Below the pieces are notes generated by a model. It was not told the origin of the DNA. It saw only the letters and a list, made by a program, of their open reading frames with translations, and did not search any database. A DNA stretch of 62,919 nucleotides, filler included, from Vannella sp. (taxonomy: Eukaryota): assembly GCA_023345925.1 (NCBI GenBank). It is 8 parts of 8 records of this genome, joined end to end, with 100 filler letters (N's around TTAATTAATTAA, not from the genome) between each part and the next. Parts side by side here need not be neighbours in the genome. Positions count along the whole stretch, not along the records: positions 54,467 to 58,494 come from JAJQQN010001220.1; positions 58,595 to 62,919 come from JAJQQN010000053.1; 6 more parts are not named here. One strand, written 5' to 3'. Positions 58,315 through 62,919 of the stretch are shown piece after piece. The number at the start of each line of letters is the position of its first letter. Positions within the stretch are counted from its first letter, which is position 1. A program made the position numbers and the translations under genes.

Positions 58315-58494
58315 AGAATCCCCTTTCCATTACCAAAACAGAAGGTTGTAGCAGAAATGTTCCTTCTTCCAAAACCTGACACTTCTTCGAGTCCTGACTT
58401 GCTCTTTCCATTAAGTACGGATTTGGAACGTGGCCCCCTTTCCCACTTCTGCTCGTTTTCGGAGATATCTCTACGTACGGAGCGCTTCCTCCCC

Positions 58495-58594
58495 NNNNNN
58501 NNNNNNNNNNNNNNNNNNNNNNNNNNNNNNNNNNNNNNTTAATTAATTAANNNNNNNNNNNNNNNNNNNNNNNNNNNNNNNNNNNNNNNNNNNN
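58495..58594. other. Artificial contig-join spacer
   Basis: N44-TTAATTAATTAA-N44. Confidence 0.99.
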
Positions 58595-58675
58595 ATCTTT
58601 GAGACAGCCGCCCAAACAACCATGGGCGTCATCAATGATTGAAATGGGTTTATCTTGAAAGGTGGAGTGTTGAAG

Positions 58676-60653
58676 TTACCAGGTCTTGAAGAAAGAATGG
58701 AACCAGCGGCGTCGGTCGTGCTCCAAATCAGTCATCGGTAAGAAGAAAGAAAATGGTGCAAAGAACACATAAGAAGCCACAATGGGTGCCAGTAGGATTG
58801 CTGCTGAAAGAAGAATGGCCGTTTTGGATTTGAATTTGCGGGAAATAGTGTCAAAGAACATTCCCACAAGGAGCATTCCAAAGAACAGAGCCGGGTGATA
58901 GTGATACATGTAACACGGTCTCCTAATCAGAATAGGATAGGGGACATAGTTGGCCAGCCACCCAAGGAAGCAGAGAACAAAGCTTTGAACAACCCGGCGC
59001 TTTGCAGGAGAGATGGTTTCTGTGTAAGCCGCATGGAGAAGATGGTCACAATAGAAGAGTCCGACTACAACTGTGGCCAGAACAAGCCAAAACAGAATGG
59101 GATTACCGAAGAGATAGACAAGTTGGTGGTACCCATCAGGAAGGCTTCTCCAGTGATAAACAATTCCGCGATACATAATGGGCCACTCATACCAAGCTAT
59201 TCCCAGAGAATAAGAAGAGTAATAGCACTCTAATGGGGAGAAACTTACGAGAGACAGAGCTGGATTCATACCAGACCGCCGCATTAACTTGCGCCATCTT
59301 GACGTTGATGTCAATGATGTTACGGATCATTCCTTGCGGGGTCTGCCCGGCAGGCATTTTGACAGTAGAGCCAATCAGTTGACTCCTGTAGTTGTCGCTC
59401 ATCGAATCTTCGTCCACTCCAGGGTAAATGATGACCTACATTAGTGTCAGCACCAGCGAATCCTATTGTTGGCGCTACAAACAGTGAAGTGGATGTAAAA
59501 GAAGAAAATATAGAACGCAACGATCACTGCAATCATGATTAAGCCAGCAGTGAACATGCGAGAAAGCCAATTAATCACTTGGTGATGATGCTCGTTGGGG
59601 AAATCATCTGTTCGGCGTCAGATTGACCTGTAATGAGACAAGCAGACACCTACAATTCAAGACCTCTTGATCCTTGTCACTCATCCTCAGCGCAATGTAC
59701 CGCACAAGTGGAGCGAAGCATTTGTAAACTTGGAAGAGTCCAACAAGGCCAATGATGCCCAAGGCGGTGTGCTTCGTGCTAAAAGCGAGGCCCATGCATA
59801 CGGAGCAGACCACAACCCAGGCCCAGAAGCGAAGCCCAGCCGATCCTTTAACTCGAGAGTCGCCCTGGGGAAGAATGCTGGCGAGATACATGTCGTTGGA
59901 AGCGCTCCAGAGCTTCAAAGCTGAATAGAGTGAAGAGAGCATCCAGAAGAAGAGGAATGAGTCCAAAAGGATGGCTCGGGAGATAGTCTGCACACTCAAC
60001 TCGAAGATCACCAAGAAGGCGACGACCAGGGCTGCTACAATGTTCTTACTCAGCTGTCTGGAGATCAAAAACATCAAAATTGGAAGCAACGAGCCCCACA
60101 TGGCCTGCCAGTAGCGCATGTACGCGTAGCCATCGTGCAAGTAAGCCTTTCCGATATTGCGATAAGGTTCGTCTGTGTGGAAGCCTGTAAGATGCACGAT
60201 CGCGCCCAAGCAGAGCTTGGCCAACGGGGGATGGATGTCGAAGAAGTACTTGCGAGCTGCGTACCATTGGGCCATGGAGACGAAGTGAACCTCATCAAAG
60301 AGGACCGCCTTGGGTTCAGCAACGTAATAGAAGCGTGTTCCAAAGGACAAGATCACAACCAAAGCAAAGAGGACGTAAAGAGGTACAGACCACCTCTCAA
60401 GGAAGGTCGTTGTGGCTCCTGGCGCCTCCTCAGGCTGAGCAGGGATGTTGAAAACTTTCTCCATCAGCAACACTCTCTGAGCCTCGTCCATATCCACCAC
60501 CTCAGCCTTCACAGCCTTCACCGCCTTCGCCTTGACCGGCTTGGCCGCCTCCACAGTTCGTTCGACCGTCTCACTGTTCTCCTCCTCTCCTGCAGTACGC
60601 CCCCGCTTACGCAGAGCACCTTGGCTGGGCGAAACTCCCTGGGTGGGCCACAT
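58676..60653 (-). CDS. PMT: Dolichyl-phosphate-mannose protein O-mannosyltransferase (GT39) without MIR domains; about 3 introns
   Basis: VLFDEVHF, FFDIHPPLAK, SRAILLDS, STKHT, SPWYEWP, LFGNP, NYVPY, YMYHYHPAL. Confidence 0.9.
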
Positions 60654-60760
60654 CCAACGCGAAGAAGGGAAAAACAGCTTCGTCCTTACTCAATGATTAT
60701 CGCGTGATTATCATTCTCGTTCCATTCTTCACATGGAAAGTCATTTTTCTTTCGACTTCA

Positions 60761-61765
60761 ATGGGTGGAAAGCTGTTTGGCTTGGGACGGCTGCCACGAG
60801 CTGAGTACTTGGTGGTGTTGGAAGATCTTCGGAGGTATTTGGATGCCAAGTTTGGGTCAGAGGGGACTCAAGGAAGGCCTGTTTATCGTATTCCGCTCTG
60901 GTTTGACTCGAAGGCCGACTTTGGAGATGTAGATGTCCTGATAGCTCGTTCTGCCGTGCCAGAGTGGAGCAAGATGCGAGAAGAGATCGCACGAGACTTG
61001 AATGTGACTCAGTACCAGACGAAAGGGGATTTATCTCTTGCGTATCAAGGGCGCATCCAAGTGGACATCATGCCAGTGATGGATGAGTTGTTGGACTCCA
61101 CGTGGCAGTTCCTTTGCTACAACGACCTCGGGAACCTCCTTGGGAAGCTCTTCCGTCGGTTTAACCTCAAGTATGGAGAGAAAGGGCTTTTGTACGTGTA
61201 CAGGCGCCCAGAGGAGCAGAGCTACGTCAAAGACATCCTCCTCACTCGTGATATGAGCCGCATCCTCGGGTTCTTAGAGCTTCCGCATGAGAAGTGGCTT
61301 CAAGGCTTTGCCACGTTGGAAGAGATGTTCGAGTGGGTGATTGCTTGCAAATACTTTACCGTTCAGCCCTTTACCACGCTCACAACGAACACATTGAAGA
61401 GGGCAAGAGTTCGTACAACCATGTCCAAGTTTCTTGACTACGTGGAAGCCCAAAACGTCACCAAAACCTTCCCCTTTGAAGGGGATCGCTCTGTGTACCT
61501 TCCCATGATCCAAGCAGCCTTCCCTGAGGCAGAACTGGGACAACAGCTACAACAGGAACAAGAGAAGGCCGAGCGAGAAGCCGTCATCAAGTCCAAGTTC
61601 AACGGTAGGCTTGTCGCTCAACGTTTCCCCACGCTCAAAGGAGAAGCGTTGGGGAAGTTCCTTAAGAGCTTTAAGGCTCTATTTGATGACTTTGATGGAG
61701 CCATCTGGGTCATGTCTGCAGAGGAAACCCTTGAAAGACTTGACGCGCACTTTCTTGAACAGTAA
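60761..61765 (+). CDS. Pol-beta-superfamily nucleotidyltransferase-like protein of bacterial/phage type, intronless
   Basis: MGGKLF start, KADFGDVDVL (GDxD), IQVDI (third Asp), YNDLGNLLG, LKYGEKGL. Confidence 0.78.
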   Translation: MGGKLFGLGRLPRAEYLVVLEDLRRYLDAKFGSEGTQGRPVYRIPLWFDSKADFGDVDVLIARSAVPEWSKMREEIARDLNVTQYQTKGDLSLAYQGRIQVDIMPVMDELLDSTWQFLCYNDLGNLLGKLFRRFNLKYGEKGLLYVYRRPEEQSYVKDILLTRDMSRILGFLELPHEKWLQGFATLEEMFEWVIACKYFTVQPFTTLTTNTLKRARVRTTMSKFLDYVEAQNVTKTFPFEGDRSVYLPMIQAAFPEAELGQQLQQEQEKAEREAVIKSKFNGRLVAQRFPTLKGEALGKFLKSFKALFDDFDGAIWVMSAEETLERLDAHFLEQ

Positions 61766-61789
61766 ACAGGTTGTTGAAGGAGAATACCT

Positions 61790-62919
61790 TTAGAAGAGAA
61801 GGAGAGTGACCATGGTCAATGCCACGACAACGGGGACGACGGGGAGGAGAGGAGCGGAGGCAGAAACGGCGACGTTGCTTCCAGTGGCCACGGCGCTTCC
61901 GGTGAGGACGGCGCTTCCCTTGTTGCCGAAGGGATTGTAGTTGAAGTAACCATACCCGTGGTTGTACTCAGGAAGCGGGTAGGGAGGAAGGGCGTTAACC
62001 TTGGGGACGATGGCAAAGTAAGTGTTGGCATTACCACCATCACCACACTTGAGTCCACTAGGGCTATTGAGGAGCTTGGAAGACTCACACTGCCAGAGAT
62101 CTTGGTCTCTGTTGATGCGAGCGATGCAAAGATCCTTCAGAGGAAGGTTGGCAGCACTTCCAGACAGACGGAAGCACCAGGTGAGGGGAACAGCTGGGAA
62201 CCGAGTCTTTCCACTTCGAGTATCATTGGCACTGAGATAGACCAAAGTACTGGCAAGGGGAACGGCAGCAAGAGACTCAGGAAGTCCGGAACGATCCATG
62301 GGGATTTCAATAGCTTGGACAAAGGTGTTATCAGGGAAGATACCAAAGGGGAAGGTGATGGATGTCTCAGCGATACGAAGGGAACCGCCCTGGTTCGAGT
62401 TGACCCTGAGACCTCTGTTGAGGAACGCAGAAGGGCTTGGAGCTGGGCCATCGTAAATAGGACTAGGAGTGGGGAATGGAGTGCTAGAGCGAGAAGGAGG
62501 CGCGACTGCACCAACAGAGGGGCTGGATGTGAGCGAAGGGGAGAGGTTCACGTCAGAGTAAGTGCGGAAAAGTCGGAGAGCGAAGGTAGCAGGGTCATCA
62601 GAAGTAGTTACCTCAGCAACAAGTTCAACAGCGCCAACCTTTTGCAGGTTACAGTTTCCAGTGAACCCTCTGTAGGGCAACAAAAAGAGGTCGAGTTCTG
62701 TGGGGGCCAGGGAGATAGTAGAGGTGCACTTCACGCCATCGGTTGAATAAATATTGACGGTGGCGAGTACAGGTACCACCTCCACGACAGCTTGTAAGCG
62801 GAGACCCAGAGCAGTGCCTCCTGTTGTGAAGTCCACGCTCTCAAGTCCATTTACATCAAGGAAGTCGCCACTAACATCTCCACCATCGTACTGGAGAGTG
62901 TATCGTACATGAGCCTCAG
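61790..62919 (-). CDS. Surface protein with a QYDG-family domain, Ser/Pro linker, a second beta domain and a hydrophobic C-terminal tail; 5'-truncated
   Basis: YTLQYDG..LDVNGLESVDFTTGG and LLPYRGFTGNCNLQKVGAVEL match 38236..39432; tail LLPVVPVVVALTMVTLLLF. Confidence 0.8.
   Translation of the reverse strand, partial: EAHVRYTLQYDGGDVSGDFLDVNGLESVDFTTGGTALGLRLQAVVEVVPVLATVNIYSTDGVKCTSTISLAPTELDLFLLPYRGFTGNCNLQKVGAVELVAEVTTSDDPATFALRLFRTYSDVNLSPSLTSSPSVGAVAPPSRSSTPFPTPSPIYDGPAPSPSAFLNRGLRVNSNQGGSLRIAETSITFPFGIFPDNTFVQAIEIPMDRSGLPESLAAVPLASTLVYLSANDTRSGKTRFPAVPLTWCFRLSGSAANLPLKDLCIARINRDQDLWQCESSKLLNSPSGLKCGDGGNANTYFAIVPKVNALPPYPLPEYNHGYGYFNYNPFGNKGSAVLTGSAVATGSNVAVSASAPLLPVVPVVVALTMVTLLLF

Noticed and set aside
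61958..62746. 262-aa antisense ORF
   Set aside because: Lies opposite the surface-protein gene, which has family homology

Overview
Eukaryotic (protist-like, plausibly amoebozoan; taxon not provable from sequence) draft-genome DNA. Eight contigs are joined by artificial 100-bp spacers (N44-TTAATTAATTAA-N44). The genome is extremely compact, with short (~40-80 nt) GT-AG introns. About 30 protein genes were reconstructed by hand-splicing. Housekeeping genes include a methyltransferase, Sec7-PH GEF, EDC4, HMGR, Beclin-1, INO1, BET bromodomain protein, PLD, PSMG2, URB2, CSE1, guanine deaminase, PP2C, Rac, XPG and PMT. Several genes look prokaryote-derived or conflict-related: a Tae4-like peptidoglycan amidase, a HemN-like radical SAM protein, a Swt1-type HEPN protein, a Pol-beta-type nucleotidyltransferase and a Cys-less flavoprotein disulfide reductase homologue. 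The most unusual signals are (1) three paralogues on three contigs sharing a coiled-coil plus SAM-like/H-CxxC...H C-terminal module with interchangeable N-termini, (2) a double RasGEF fused to an apparently inactivated DUF3782-like PD-(D/E)XK domain, (3) an LRR receptor built from one-exon-one-LRR cassettes, and (4) an anchor-less HMG-CoA reductase with a mitochondrial-type presequence. No rRNA, tRNA or CRISPR was found. All family assignments are from motif recognition, not database searches.
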